Source of the DNA: Minisyncoccota bacterium
GTDB lineage: Bacteria > Patescibacteriota > Minisyncoccia > UBA6257 > 1-14-0-10-44-23
Length of the DNA stretch: 64,000 nt
Assembly: GCA_041389085.1 (NCBI GenBank)
Contig: JAWKSL010000001.1
Location: 34,921 to 98,920 of the forward strand
Direction of reading: 5' to 3'
Part shown: positions 31,178 through 40,143 of the stretch, piece by piece
How the letters are laid out: each line of letters starts with the position of its first letter
How positions within the stretch are numbered: the stretch's first letter is position 1
Made by a program: the position numbers and the translations under genes
The notes under the pieces: model-generated
Databases searched by the model: none
The model's input: only the letters and a program-made list of their open reading frames with translations
What the model was told of the DNA's origin: nothing

Positions 31178-31203
31178 AAAAAACCGCGCGGTGCGCGGTT
31201 TTT
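31178..31203. terminator. Intrinsic terminator
   Basis: aaaaaaccgcgc-ggt-gcgcggttttt. Confidence 0.7.
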
Positions 31204-31206
31204 CTT

Positions 31207-31437
31207 TTACAGCAAAGCTTCAATTTTATCTTTATCAAATCCTACTGTTGCTTGCCCATCTATTTCGATTACTGGTACTCCGAGCTGACCGGTTTTTTCA
31301 ACCATCTCTTTTCTTTTATCCATATCTGCTGCTACGTCGTACTCGGTGTACTCAATTCCTTTTTCTTGGAAGAACTCTTTTGCCATGTGGCAGAAGTGAC
31401 ACGTTGGCGTAGAGTAAATGACTACTTTTTTACTCAT
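31207..31437 (-). CDS. Glutaredoxin-like protein (NrdH/YruB type)
   Basis: YSTPTCHFC, TGQLGVPVI, VGFD. Confidence 0.92.
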   Translation of the reverse strand: MSKKVVIYSTPTCHFCHMAKEFFQEKGIEYTEYDVAADMDKRKEMVEKTGQLGVPVIEIDGQATVGFDKDKIEALL

Positions 31438-31487
31438 ATGTTTTAAGATGAATTTATATTGGTGTTTTATTGTAGCAAACTTTTAGT

Positions 31488-32210
31488 TTATTTTGCATTA
31501 CTTATACCAAGAGCTTTTAACAGCTCTGCAACTTCTGGCTTTGTAAGTTTTTTTAGCTCGCCAGACTTCATATCGGTAGCTCTAAATCCCAAAATTGCAG
31601 TACGGGAAAGGTCTTCTACTTCGTAGCCGAATATTGCGCACATTCTTCTAATTTGATGGTGCTTGCCTTCGGTAATCGAAATGCTAAATGCTTTTGGCCC
31701 TAGCTTTTTAACTTTTGCTGGCTTTGTTTTATAGCCATCTTCGAGTGTTACACCCTCTTCCAAGTGCATTAGAAATCCTGGACGAAGAATTTTATTTACT
31801 TTTACCTTATATTCTTTCGCGTGGTTAAACTCTGGGCTGAGGAGCTTCTTGGTAATGCGCCCATCGTTACTGAGCAAAACAAGCCCTGTCGAAAGCTTGT
31901 CGAGCCTACCGATTGGAACCACGCCTTTTTCTAGAGAAACAATGTCGCGTATTTCCTTGTCGCTTCCTTGCGCGTTTACCGTTACGATACCCTTTGGTTT
32001 AAAAAAGAGTAAATAGGCTCTTTCTTTCTCAAAGCCCTTTTTCGCCTCTCTTTTTAAAGAAACCTCATCGCCTTTTTCTACTTTTTGACCAAGCTCGGCT
32101 CTTTTCCCGTTTATTAAAACGGCGCCGCGAGCGATAAGCCTGTCGGCCTCTTTCCGCGAGCACATTCCTTCGTTCGCTAGATATTTATTTATTCGAATAG
32201 GGAAGTCCAT
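31488..32210 (-). CDS. rRNA pseudouridine synthase (RsuA/RluB/RluF family)
   Basis: S4 domain RINKYLA..CSRKEAD, catalytic IGRLD, EGKHHQIRRMC. Confidence 0.93.
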   Translation of the reverse strand: MDFPIRINKYLANEGMCSRKEADRLIARGAVLINGKRAELGQKVEKGDEVSLKREAKKGFEKERAYLLFFKPKGIVTVNAQGSDKEIRDIVSLEKGVVPIGRLDKLSTGLVLLSNDGRITKKLLSPEFNHAKEYKVKVNKILRPGFLMHLEEGVTLEDGYKTKPAKVKKLGPKAFSISITEGKHHQIRRMCAIFGYEVEDLSRTAILGFRATDMKSGELKKLTKPEVAELLKALGISNAK

Positions 32211-32212
32211 TT

Positions 32213-33121
32213 TTATTTTTTGAAAAATGATAGTATCCACGCGAAAAATCTTTGAAACACATTTTGCTCTGGCTGGCTTGGACTCAGAACCTCACTTTCT
32301 TCGCTGCTACTTGCCGCTTCTGCGCTTGGCTCGTTTGTAGTCGTGCTTACTTCAGTGCTGGTTGAATATATGCCTTGTTCGTATGTCGCAATTCCCTCTT
32401 TGTTAAAGGTGAGGCGATAGCTTACTTGAGCACTTCCACCAAACGGGAAAAATTTTTGTGGATCTATACCCTCTTGGTGATGCACTGCGCTAAAGAGTTT
32501 AATTTCTTGAACTATTTTGTTTGCTGGTTGGACCGACTGGGTTGGTACAAGTTCGTAGTCTTTTTCGCGCAGTGAAAATAGTGCTTTTGTCTTACAGCTA
32601 TACCCACTACACTCCATCGGTTCTGACGCTCCAACTTTTATGTTTTCTCCTTTGAACGAGTAGTTATTAAAGCTATCTGATATAAAAGCATACTTTGCCA
32701 CTCCATCTTCGTTAAAGATTCCGGTAAAGCGATAGTCGCAGACTTCAAGCGGTGGCGCTTTTATAACCGCGTCTTCCTTTTCAAGGACGATACCGTTTGC
32801 CATATCGGCAGGAATTTTAATAGTAAACGCATCCCAGTCTGCATCCTCGTCTACTTTTTCAAAAGCATCAAGGTCGTTTGCTTGGTAGGCCTCGATGAGC
32901 GCTTGATAACTGTCGATATCGAAGTGTACTGTCGCTGCTGAGTCAAAGGTGTATACCCACTTAAGGTCGAGAATGTAGTCGCCGTTGTCTTGTATGCGAA
33001 TGTCTTCCACGGTACCAAGCAGTGGATAAGTCTTTATGCATGAAAGAGCCTGGGTGCTTGGAAGTACGTACACTCCAATCGCAAGAAGGAGCGTGAGAGC
33101 ACTGATTTGTATAAGCCTCAT
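32213..33121 (-). CDS. Secreted hypothetical protein
   Basis: Signal peptide (TQA-LSC), amphipathic C-terminal tail FQRFFAWILSFF. Confidence 0.75.
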   Translation of the reverse strand: MRLIQISALTLLLAIGVYVLPSTQALSCIKTYPLLGTVEDIRIQDNGDYILDLKWVYTFDSAATVHFDIDSYQALIEAYQANDLDAFEKVDEDADWDAFTIKIPADMANGIVLEKEDAVIKAPPLEVCDYRFTGIFNEDGVAKYAFISDSFNNYSFKGENIKVGASEPMECSGYSCKTKALFSLREKDYELVPTQSVQPANKIVQEIKLFSAVHHQEGIDPQKFFPFGGSAQVSYRLTFNKEGIATYEQGIYSTSTEVSTTTNEPSAEAASSSEESEVLSPSQPEQNVFQRFFAWILSFFKK

Positions 33122-33200
33122 ATTGCCTTGGAGTATAGCGCACTTGTGCTTTCGTCTCCATTGGCATTTTTTCCTTAGGACAGGTAGAATTTAAGGCACT

Positions 33201-33965
33201 ATGGAAAACAACACACTTTCGAAAAAGCAACAAAAACGCCTTGCGCGTGCTGCTAAAAAGCAGGCTCAAATGCAAAATCAGAAGACTGGCCGTGCAGTTA
33301 AAAGCACTGCTACTTGGGCAATTACCCTCCTTGTAATAGTAGGAATTGTATACGGACTTGTGCTCCTCGTACGCAATTCTTCAACAAATGAACTTATCGG
33401 AGTAGATACCGATCTTTCAATTGAAAGCACTGATTGGACGATTGGAGAGGCTGAGGCTCCTGTACAGCTGATCGAGTTTTCAGATTTCCAGTGCCCAGCA
33501 TGTGCGGCATACCACAGCGTGGTTAAGCAGGTGATTAGTGAATACCCAAGTGATGTACTTTTTGCCTACCGCCACTACCCTCTTAGCCAGATTCACCCAC
33601 ACGCGGAACTTGCTGGTCGCGCTGCGGAAGCTGCTGGAATCCAGGGTAAGTTCTGGGAAATGCACGATAAGCTTTTTGAGACTCAGGCAAGCTGGTCTGC
33701 TCGCGCAAGCGTAAAAGACCTCTTTGTCGAGTTTGCTAGTGAACTTGGCCTGGACGTTACCCGCTTTGAAGCCGACATTGATAGCGATGAGGTGAAGGAC
33801 GCTGTAGAAGGCGAAGCTCTTCAGGCTCGTGCGCTCAACCTTCCTGGAACCCCAAGCTTTATCGTGAACGGAGTATACGTTCAGAACCCACCAAGCATTG
33901 ATGCGTTTCGCGCAATAATAGAAGATGCAATTGCAAATGCAGGAGCAGACACCACAACTGAGTAA
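33201..33965 (+). CDS. DsbA-family thioredoxin protein
   Basis: EFSDFQCPAC, RHYPL, QGKFWEMHD, GTPSF. Confidence 0.93.
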   Translation: MENNTLSKKQQKRLARAAKKQAQMQNQKTGRAVKSTATWAITLLVIVGIVYGLVLLVRNSSTNELIGVDTDLSIESTDWTIGEAEAPVQLIEFSDFQCPACAAYHSVVKQVISEYPSDVLFAYRHYPLSQIHPHAELAGRAAEAAGIQGKFWEMHDKLFETQASWSARASVKDLFVEFASELGLDVTRFEADIDSDEVKDAVEGEALQARALNLPGTPSFIVNGVYVQNPPSIDAFRAIIEDAIANAGADTTTE

Positions 33966-34389
33966 GAAGCTCGTACTCCTTTTTGGGCTCTTCGCCTTTA
34001 TTGGATTTCTCGATGCGGCGTATCTTACGGTAGTTCACTTCTCAGACATACCACTTCTTTGTGGTGCGAATAGTGGCTGCGAAACAGTAACTACAAGCGT
34101 ATACTCCGCTATCGCTGGCATTCCTGTAGCTCTTCTTGGAGCGCTCTACTATATTGGACTTCTTTTCCTTACTATCTTTTATCTTGATAGAAAGAACTCA
34201 ACCGTTATGCATCTTGCACTTCGCTTGAGCGCTATCGGGCTTGTCGCTTCACTATACTTTGTTGGCCTGCAGCTTTTTGTGCTCAAAGCGCTCTGCATCT
34301 ACTGCATGGCAAGCGCCATAAGCTCGACTACACTGTTTGTGATTGGGCTCTTCGGTAGACGCGCTGCTCTTAAAACTGTTGTACAATAA
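33925..34389 (+). CDS. Vitamin K epoxide reductase (VKOR) family protein
   Basis: C....GCETV..S.YS, GIPVALLG, CIYC; adjacent to DsbA. Exact start uncertain. Confidence 0.9.
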   Translation: MQLQMQEQTPQLSKKLVLLFGLFAFIGFLDAAYLTVVHFSDIPLLCGANSGCETVTTSVYSAIAGIPVALLGALYYIGLLFLTIFYLDRKNSTVMHLALRLSAIGLVASLYFVGLQLFVLKALCIYCMASAISSTTLFVIGLFGRRAALKTVVQ

Positions 34390-34448
34390 AGACATGAAAA
34401 AATTTGGCGACAACATGGGCCTTTTTGCAGACTACTGCATCTAGGCAC

Positions 34449-34481
34449 TAAAAAGCGCCCCTTGCGGGGCGCTTTTATTTT
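34449..34481. terminator. Bidirectional intrinsic terminator
   Basis: aaaaagcgcccc-ttgc-ggggcgctttt. Confidence 0.75.
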
Positions 34482-34530
34482 CAATACTCATTAAACACTT
34501 TTGAGTTCTACTCTACGGCTAGCTTCGAAT

Positions 34531-34601
34531 TTCTACCCCGCATGCTTACGCGTGCTTGCAGTAGAGCCAACGAATCAAGTTCGGGCTCACTGCAGGGCAG
34601 G
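34531..34601. repeat. Structured two-hairpin intergenic repeat, copy 2
   Basis: Homologous to 18395-18463. Confidence 0.75.
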
Positions 34602-34657
34602 ACTCTTTCACTCTATCCTGGATTCCCAAAGATAAGATTAAGAGTGGTTTGAAGTTT
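34595..34657 (-). repeat. Conserved 3' UTR stem-loop, copy 1
   Basis: gggcaggactctttcactcta...aagagt....gaagttt; homologous to 37283-37346. Confidence 0.75.
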
Positions 34658-36112
34658 CTAGCTTCTTATCTCTACTGGGCCGTGAGTTGATACATGCGTA
34701 GTCTTTCTACCGCTTAGCAAGAGGTATACGAGCAACGCAATGATTATCAGGATAAGGAACCATGGGCTGAAGATGAGGTACCCAAGTGCAGAGAATGCAC
34801 TTGCGAATGCCACATCGTTTCGAACACCAGTTTCAATAACGGTAGTGTTTGTTCCAAGCACTCCATTAGTGATGATTCCTTCTGGGAGTTGCACGAATGC
34901 AAGCTCTCCGGTGGTATCAGTCTGCTTACCTGCTACGGCGTGAGCCTTTAGGTAGTAGGTAGTGTTCATTGGAAGACGACCAAGGTTCACTTGGTGGTAG
35001 GTGGTTGTTCCACCTGCGCTTCGAACGAACTCGTAGGCTGATAGTCCTTGCTCCTCATCGTCAACGTGTGAGCTGAGCGAGTAATATACGCTTCCTTGTG
35101 CTGGAATGGTGGTTTGGAAGCTTACGATTACGTTGAGGTTTGCATCGTTTTCAACCCGAAGGTCGAAGATGTCCAAGTCTGCTACTGCAGGCTCAACTAC
35201 TACTGTAGGGCCTGGTACGTAGATGATTTGGCGCCCCTGTACGTATACAGAGAAGCTCTGAGTGGTAAATGCCTTTCCATCAAACGCCTGTACGGTTACC
35301 GCGTGTGATGTGTTTGCAAGACCACCTGCAGCAGTCCAACTGATAAATCCAGTACTTGGATTAATAGTCATTCCTGCTGGAGCTTGAACAAGCGCGAACA
35401 CTACAACATCGCCGTCTGCATCAAATGCGTTTACGTCGTAGCTGTATGAAGTTCCTGCTTGAACAAGAGTAACTGGGCTAGAGATGATTTGAGGAGCACG
35501 GTTGCCTGTGCTTGGGTTGTCGTTTCCTTCGCCAACGCGCACCGTTGAACAGCGGTCGCTGTCGCGGTTTCCGTTTGCATCGGTAACTTCTACCTCTACA
35601 TCATACTCACCAGTTCGGTTGAAACGAACTGACTCTTCGTCGTCGTTTCCACTAATGTCTCCATCCCAATCGATGTCGTATGGAGCTCTTCCGCCACTAA
35701 TCTTTACCTCAAAGTCCACACGGTCTCCTGCCTCGATACGAGTATCAGAAACCTCACAGCGAACTGAAAGATTGTTTGTTGGTGGTGGGGTGGTTGGAGT
35801 ACCACATGAAACACATGTGTTGTTGGTGTTTGTCCAACCTGAGTTTGTGTTTGTGTTACTTACTACACCTCCTCCCTGCTCAGCATTGATCGTTGGATCA
35901 TAGCTGTTTGGGTTGTTTGCATTCCAGTCTGTGTGACAAGCTGGATCTTGGCTATCGATAAGACCGTTTTGGTTGTTATCGTAGTTATCAGAACACTGGG
36001 TGAAGCCAGCGGCAGTTCCGACCAAAAGTGCTGTACCTGAAAGAGACACTATTGTTACAAGCATCACAATCAGGACAGTCATTGCCTTTCCTATTGATTT
36101 TCGGTTTTTCAT
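34658..36112 (-). CDS. Surface protein with PKD/Ig/FN3-like modules and C-terminal TM segment
   Basis: Signal peptide, CSDNYDNNQNGLIDSQDPAC, NRAPQI..YSYDVNAFDADGD..P.GMTINPSTG.ISW; paralog of 37347-38810. Confidence 0.82.
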   Translation of the reverse strand: MKNRKSIGKAMTVLIVMLVTIVSLSGTALLVGTAAGFTQCSDNYDNNQNGLIDSQDPACHTDWNANNPNSYDPTINAEQGGGVVSNTNTNSGWTNTNNTCVSCGTPTTPPPTNNLSVRCEVSDTRIEAGDRVDFEVKISGGRAPYDIDWDGDISGNDDEESVRFNRTGEYDVEVEVTDANGNRDSDRCSTVRVGEGNDNPSTGNRAPQIISSPVTLVQAGTSYSYDVNAFDADGDVVVFALVQAPAGMTINPSTGFISWTAAGGLANTSHAVTVQAFDGKAFTTQSFSVYVQGRQIIYVPGPTVVVEPAVADLDIFDLRVENDANLNVIVSFQTTIPAQGSVYYSLSSHVDDEEQGLSAYEFVRSAGGTTTYHQVNLGRLPMNTTYYLKAHAVAGKQTDTTGELAFVQLPEGIITNGVLGTNTTVIETGVRNDVAFASAFSALGYLIFSPWFLILIIIALLVYLLLSGRKTTHVSTHGPVEIRS

Positions 36113-36243
36113 GATTTGTTGATAAAAAATCAGCCTTCCTATGGAGCTGAATGTATAAATATTGTAATAGCCACTTCTGGCTTCTGGCCTTGTTTTATCA
36201 GAAAAAGCGCCCTTTTGTCAATGATTTGCCCTATAAAAAGTTT

Positions 36244-36275
36244 TGAGGCGCGATACATTGCTGTATCGCGCCTCA
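36244..36275 (-). terminator. 3' hairpin of GC-rich cassette
   Basis: Minus strand tgaggcgcgataca-gcaa-tgtatcgcgcctca. Confidence 0.7.
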
Positions 36276-36289
36276 GCGTCTTGGATAGC

Positions 36290-36982
36290 TCACTCGCGCG
36301 GAGCGAGGAACTTGTCCATGGGAACACCCATGCCGTTGAGCGTCAGGCTGTGAGGCCCGACCCCGGCGGCACTGCTCCAGTCGATGGCGAACTTGTCGCC
36401 AGGGCTCACCGTGCCTTCCCAACGAGCCTCATCGCCGTTTGCGAAGTGGATGAGCAGGCGTCCGTGCCTTGGCCCGTAGAGCCAGACCGGCTGCCCGTTC
36501 TGGAAAGCCCAGATCTGGTTGCAGTTCTTGTCCTGCGGGGTGTTGAAGTACCCATTGTCCGGGTAGATCATGCGGTCGATGCCAACCCCTGTGTAGAACC
36601 CTGTCTCCGGATCGCGGATGGCCTGAGGGCCACCGTACATCCAGTTACCACCACCGACGCTGTAGTCGCACCAAGCGTAGCCATCGATGGCGCATTCGGC
36701 GTTGGGCCGGATGCAGACACAGAAGTCTGTAGGCTGGGGCGCGGTAGGCGGAGGCGGCGGGGGCGGCGGGGGCTGAGTGCAGTTACGGCAGGGGCGAGGC
36801 CCGCTGTCGTCGTCGTCCAGATCAAGGAAGTAGCCGCCGACGATGACACCACCGACGAACTCGATGAGCCCGCAGGGGATGCAGCCAAGGGCTGCGAGGA
36901 ATCCGCCAGCACCGCATCCGCCGATGATGACACCGGAGGTGATGAGGACTGCTGCGGTCGCGTTGCGCAAGGCGTTGAGCAT
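36290..36982 (-). CDS. GC-rich Cys-rich putative lipoprotein with poly-Pro linker
   Basis: AAAGGAGG SD before ATG 36982; hydrophobic N-terminus ending IGG-C; poly-Pro tract. Confidence 0.75.
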   Translation of the reverse strand: MLNALRNATAAVLITSGVIIGGCGAGGFLAALGCIPCGLIEFVGGVIVGGYFLDLDDDDSGPRPCRNCTQPPPPPPPPPTAPQPTDFCVCIRPNAECAIDGYAWCDYSVGGGNWMYGGPQAIRDPETGFYTGVGIDRMIYPDNGYFNTPQDKNCNQIWAFQNGQPVWLYGPRHGRLLIHFANGDEARWEGTVSPGDKFAIDWSSAAGVGPHSLTLNGMGVPMDKFLAPRE

Positions 36983-37073
36983 GGTTAGCTCCTCCTTTGG
37001 GCGCCCTGCGCCCAGAAGTTGGGGTGAATTTGAAAGATCTCTCACTAACTCGCAAGAGCTAGTGTTGAGCCAA

Positions 37074-37102
37074 ATATTAGCATATAAGTTTGTATTTGTC
37101 AA
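37074..37102 (-). promoter_or_regulatory. Sigma70 promoter of GC-rich cassette
   Basis: TTGACA-17-TAATAT with extended TG; followed by hairpin cactagctc-ttgc-gagttagtg. Confidence 0.75.
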
Positions 37103-37111
37103 TAGATAACT

Positions 37112-37137
37112 AAAAAGCACCCGAAAGGGTGCTTTTT
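37112..37137. terminator. Intrinsic terminator
   Basis: aaaaagcaccc-gaaa-gggtgcttttt. Confidence 0.75.
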
Positions 37138-37282
37138 AGAATCTCGTGTAAGAATGGCTTTTAGCCTGTCTTTATCTCTCGATAAACTCGAGATGAGACG
37201 TCGGCTTTAACCAATCTCAACCCTTGCCCCGCCGAAGGCGGGGCTCGCACCAAATCTAACGGTCAAGCCAGAGATTGGTGCG

Positions 37283-37346
37283 GGGCAGGACTCTTTCACT
37301 CTACCTTTGGATTTCCAATGATAGGAGCGAAGAGTAACAGGAAGTT
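37283..37346 (-). repeat. Conserved 3' UTR stem-loop, copy 2
   Basis: Homologous to 34595-34657; abuts the REP-like hairpins at 37226-37286. Confidence 0.75.
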
Positions 37347-38810
37347 TTAGCCTCCTATTTCTACCTGTGCTGGCTGCTGATAAACAGCTACATGGCTTTC
37401 CTTTCTCTTGAAGATAATCAAGAGAAGAAGAGCTATGATAACCAGCAGCAAGAAGAATGGGTTGAAGATAAGGAATCCAAGAGCAGCTATTGCTGAACCA
37501 AGTGCTACAGAATTAATAGAGTTTGCACTGTTGAGCATGATAAAGCTTCTCTCTTCTGAAACCTTAACCTGAGTACCTACTTCGCTTACGATGCGGAAGT
37601 AGTATGTACGGTCAGACTGAAGGTTTCCGAGCCATACCTTGTGAGAGGTAGATATAGCGGTGCTTTGTGGGCTGCTATATTCGTAACGATAGTTTTGTAC
37701 GTTTGGTTGGCTTGCAAGTCCGTAGACTACATATCCACGTGATGGCTTGCTTGTCTCCCAGATAACATACACGTTGTCGTTCTCGTCCTTTTCTACACGG
37801 ATGTTGAACTGTGAAAGATCGATGTTTGAGTCCACTTCAACTACTTGCGCGGTGCGCTCTACCACTACAGTACGGGTTACTGGAACCTGAACGATAGTTG
37901 GGGTAATTGGAGCTGGAACGTTGATCTGCGGAATAGTTGGGTATGAAGGAATTTGCACAGTTGGGGTGGTGTTTCGAACACGGTCAGCCTCAACAGTAAT
38001 TTTAATGTCTCCCTCACACTCTGAGTATCCATCGGTAGCTGAGTATTCGAATCGGTATGTATCCTCATCGCCTACTTCAGTAGTCCAGCTAAAACGACCA
38101 GTGTTCTTATTGAAGTCTGAACCACGTGGCTCATCATCAATGTCGTAATCAATGTCGTTTGTAACTGATCCACGTACATCCACTTTGAAACTTACGCGCT
38201 CTCCCTCGTCTACACGCACGCTCTCGTCTTTACAAACAAGGTTGCTTGTAGCTGGATTTGGCGCTGGACTTGGTTGTGGCTGTGGGGTAGGATCTACTAC
38301 CTGGTTTATCTTATAGATACTAAGAGTTACTTTCTGACTTCCGTTTCGGTTGTCAGTGATTGGGCTATCCTTAAGCCAAAGCCAAAGGTTTGTACCCGAT
38401 CCTGAGATGGTAATAGTCTTTGACTTACCAGCTCCTGCCTGACTAGCAGAATATTGGTCTTGGAAGTATCCAGGAGCTATATCGATGGCCTTTTGAAGAC
38501 CAGTTTCAGATATATACTGAATGTTTGCACGTGGTACCCATGTACCAGTAGTTGTGTACTGGCTAGCACCTTTATCTTGGTCGCTTGACCATGGGCTCCA
38601 TGAACCTCCTTCGTGTTCGATCACGTAAGTTCCTGGTTCAAGAGAAAACCCGTTTACGTTCCCTGGGGCTGCGGTAGCGCTGCTACGAGCATCGAGGGTA
38701 ACGCGTTGTATAAACTGCTTTGTAGTAGCAGCATCTGCCGGCATTGAAGCTGAAAGTGCTACGAAGAGCACAAGCCCAAACGCAAGGCTAAATTTTACGA
38801 GATTATTCAT
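37347..38810 (-). CDS. Surface protein with Ig/FN3-like modules and C-terminal TM segment
   Basis: Signal peptide, WETSKPSRGYVVYG..HKVWLGNLQSDRTYYFRI, LGFLIFNPFFLLL. Confidence 0.82.
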   Translation of the reverse strand: MNNLVKFSLAFGLVLFVALSASMPADAATTKQFIQRVTLDARSSATAAPGNVNGFSLEPGTYVIEHEGGSWSPWSSDQDKGASQYTTTGTWVPRANIQYISETGLQKAIDIAPGYFQDQYSASQAGAGKSKTITISGSGTNLWLWLKDSPITDNRNGSQKVTLSIYKINQVVDPTPQPQPSPAPNPATSNLVCKDESVRVDEGERVSFKVDVRGSVTNDIDYDIDDEPRGSDFNKNTGRFSWTTEVGDEDTYRFEYSATDGYSECEGDIKITVEADRVRNTTPTVQIPSYPTIPQINVPAPITPTIVQVPVTRTVVVERTAQVVEVDSNIDLSQFNIRVEKDENDNVYVIWETSKPSRGYVVYGLASQPNVQNYRYEYSSPQSTAISTSHKVWLGNLQSDRTYYFRIVSEVGTQVKVSEERSFIMLNSANSINSVALGSAIAALGFLIFNPFFLLLVIIALLLLIIFKRKESHVAVYQQPAQVEIGG

Positions 38811-38931
38811 AATTTTTAGGTTGAGATTGTTAAGCCAGGCCCTTCGACTGAGCCTGTTACTTCATATTATATACCTATTTGACTTATTTGTCAAGTATTG
38901 GCTTTTTAGGCTATTTTTGCTATATTCCCTC

Positions 38932-39270
38932 TTAGTAGCAGGGCAACTACTCTAGATTGTTTACATTCTAGGGAGGAAAGTCCGGACTCCCTTTCCCCTT
39001 TCGGGGTCAAAAATGTAGTAGCTAACAGCTATCACAGGTGACTGAGAGATGCGAGCAGAGACGCTGGCGCAGAAATGCTGCCAGGACCCTTATCTCAAGC
39101 TAAACGGGTCAATCCAGCCATAGAGACAAGAAAGCTGGGGTGAAACGGCTAAATTCTTACAGGGTGCAAGGCCGTGTCCCGCTTTGCGGGAAGTGCCGCT
39201 TGAGGGCTGTGGCGACACAGCTCCTAGGTAAATTGTTGCCAAGAACAGAATCCGGCTTACTCGCTACTAA
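38932..39270 (+). ncRNA. rnpB: RNase P RNA
   Basis: GAGGAAAGTCCGGACT, GGGTGAAACGG, GGTGCAAG, AACAGAATCCGGCTTA; terminal helix ttagtagc/gctactaa; terminator follows. Confidence 0.95.
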
Positions 39271-39272
39271 CT

Positions 39273-39296
39273 AAAAAGCCCCTTTCGGGGTTTTTT
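39273..39296. terminator. Terminator after rnpB
   Basis: aaaaagcccc-tttc-ggggtttttt. Confidence 0.75.
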
Positions 39297-40143
39297 AGTT
39301 TTTATACTTCCACGGAAAGGGCTTATTTATGTGCCAGTGAAATCCGGCCGAATACCGGTGCCCTCCCCCGCCATATTTCTTGGCTATTTTCATAACGTCT
39401 GCTTTTGTGCCCACTTTTGCTCTTAGGCTCACTTTTGGTCTTCCTTCGTCTAAGTAAACTACGACGGCAATGTTCCCAGGGAATGCTTCGTAGAGCGCTG
39501 CACCGATGTGTGTGCGGAGCGCTGAAATTCCGTATGTAAAGCGAGCTTTCTGGCCTTCGAAAATTATTGGCACACTGCTTTCTACGGCAGAGTGTACAAT
39601 ATTGCTTTCTCGGGCAAGAATTTTCTGGCCCTCCTTTTCATATTGTTTAAGCTTTTTCTTATCTTCAAAGGCTCTAATAAGCTTTGGCACATCATCGAGT
39701 GACTTAAGCTCCAGGCTTGCAGATGCAAGAGTGCCTATTTGCCCCTCTGTTTGCTTTTGCCAAAGATCACTTTTTTGAACTTGGCTTACGAACTTTGGCA
39801 TTTTCTTTTTTGGGAAGAAATATTTCCACGCTAAACCTGCACCAGAATAGTTCAGGTTATAGACTCCCTTTTTGTGAACCTTAAACTGCTCTGCTGCAGT
39901 TGGATGGTGGTCGAGGATAAAAACTTCGTTGCTTTTATGTATCTCTACAAAGTCCTTGAGTAGCGGAACAGCGTCTATGAAAAATATGGTTTTATTTCTT
40001 AGCTTCTTAAAACCAGTGTAGGTAAAAGGCATTGGCACATACTCTGCCTTGTTTTTGAGTGCCATTTTTGCGATACCAGCTCCTACAAAACCGTCTCTGC
40101 AGCCCTTGTGGTAGTACACTACTATTTTCTTCTCTGTCTTCAT
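39295..40143 (-). CDS. DHH/DHHA1-family phosphoesterase
   Basis: YH..C.DG, LDHH, SGAGLAW.YF, SLR, YGGGGH..SAGF. Confidence 0.9.
   Translation of the reverse strand: MKTEKKIVVYYHKGCRDGFVGAGIAKMALKNKAEYVPMPFTYTGFKKLRNKTIFFIDAVPLLKDFVEIHKSNEVFILDHHPTAAEQFKVHKKGVYNLNYSGAGLAWKYFFPKKKMPKFVSQVQKSDLWQKQTEGQIGTLASASLELKSLDDVPKLIRAFEDKKKLKQYEKEGQKILARESNIVHSAVESSVPIIFEGQKARFTYGISALRTHIGAALYEAFPGNIAVVVYLDEGRPKVSLRAKVGTKADVMKIAKKYGGGGHRYSAGFHWHINKPFPWKYKN

Noticed and set aside
36116-36988. 290-aa plus-strand ORF (also 14348-15097 and 13705-14117 alternates)
   Set aside because: Shadow frames of GC-rich genes; the promoter, SD and terminator all support the called frames.
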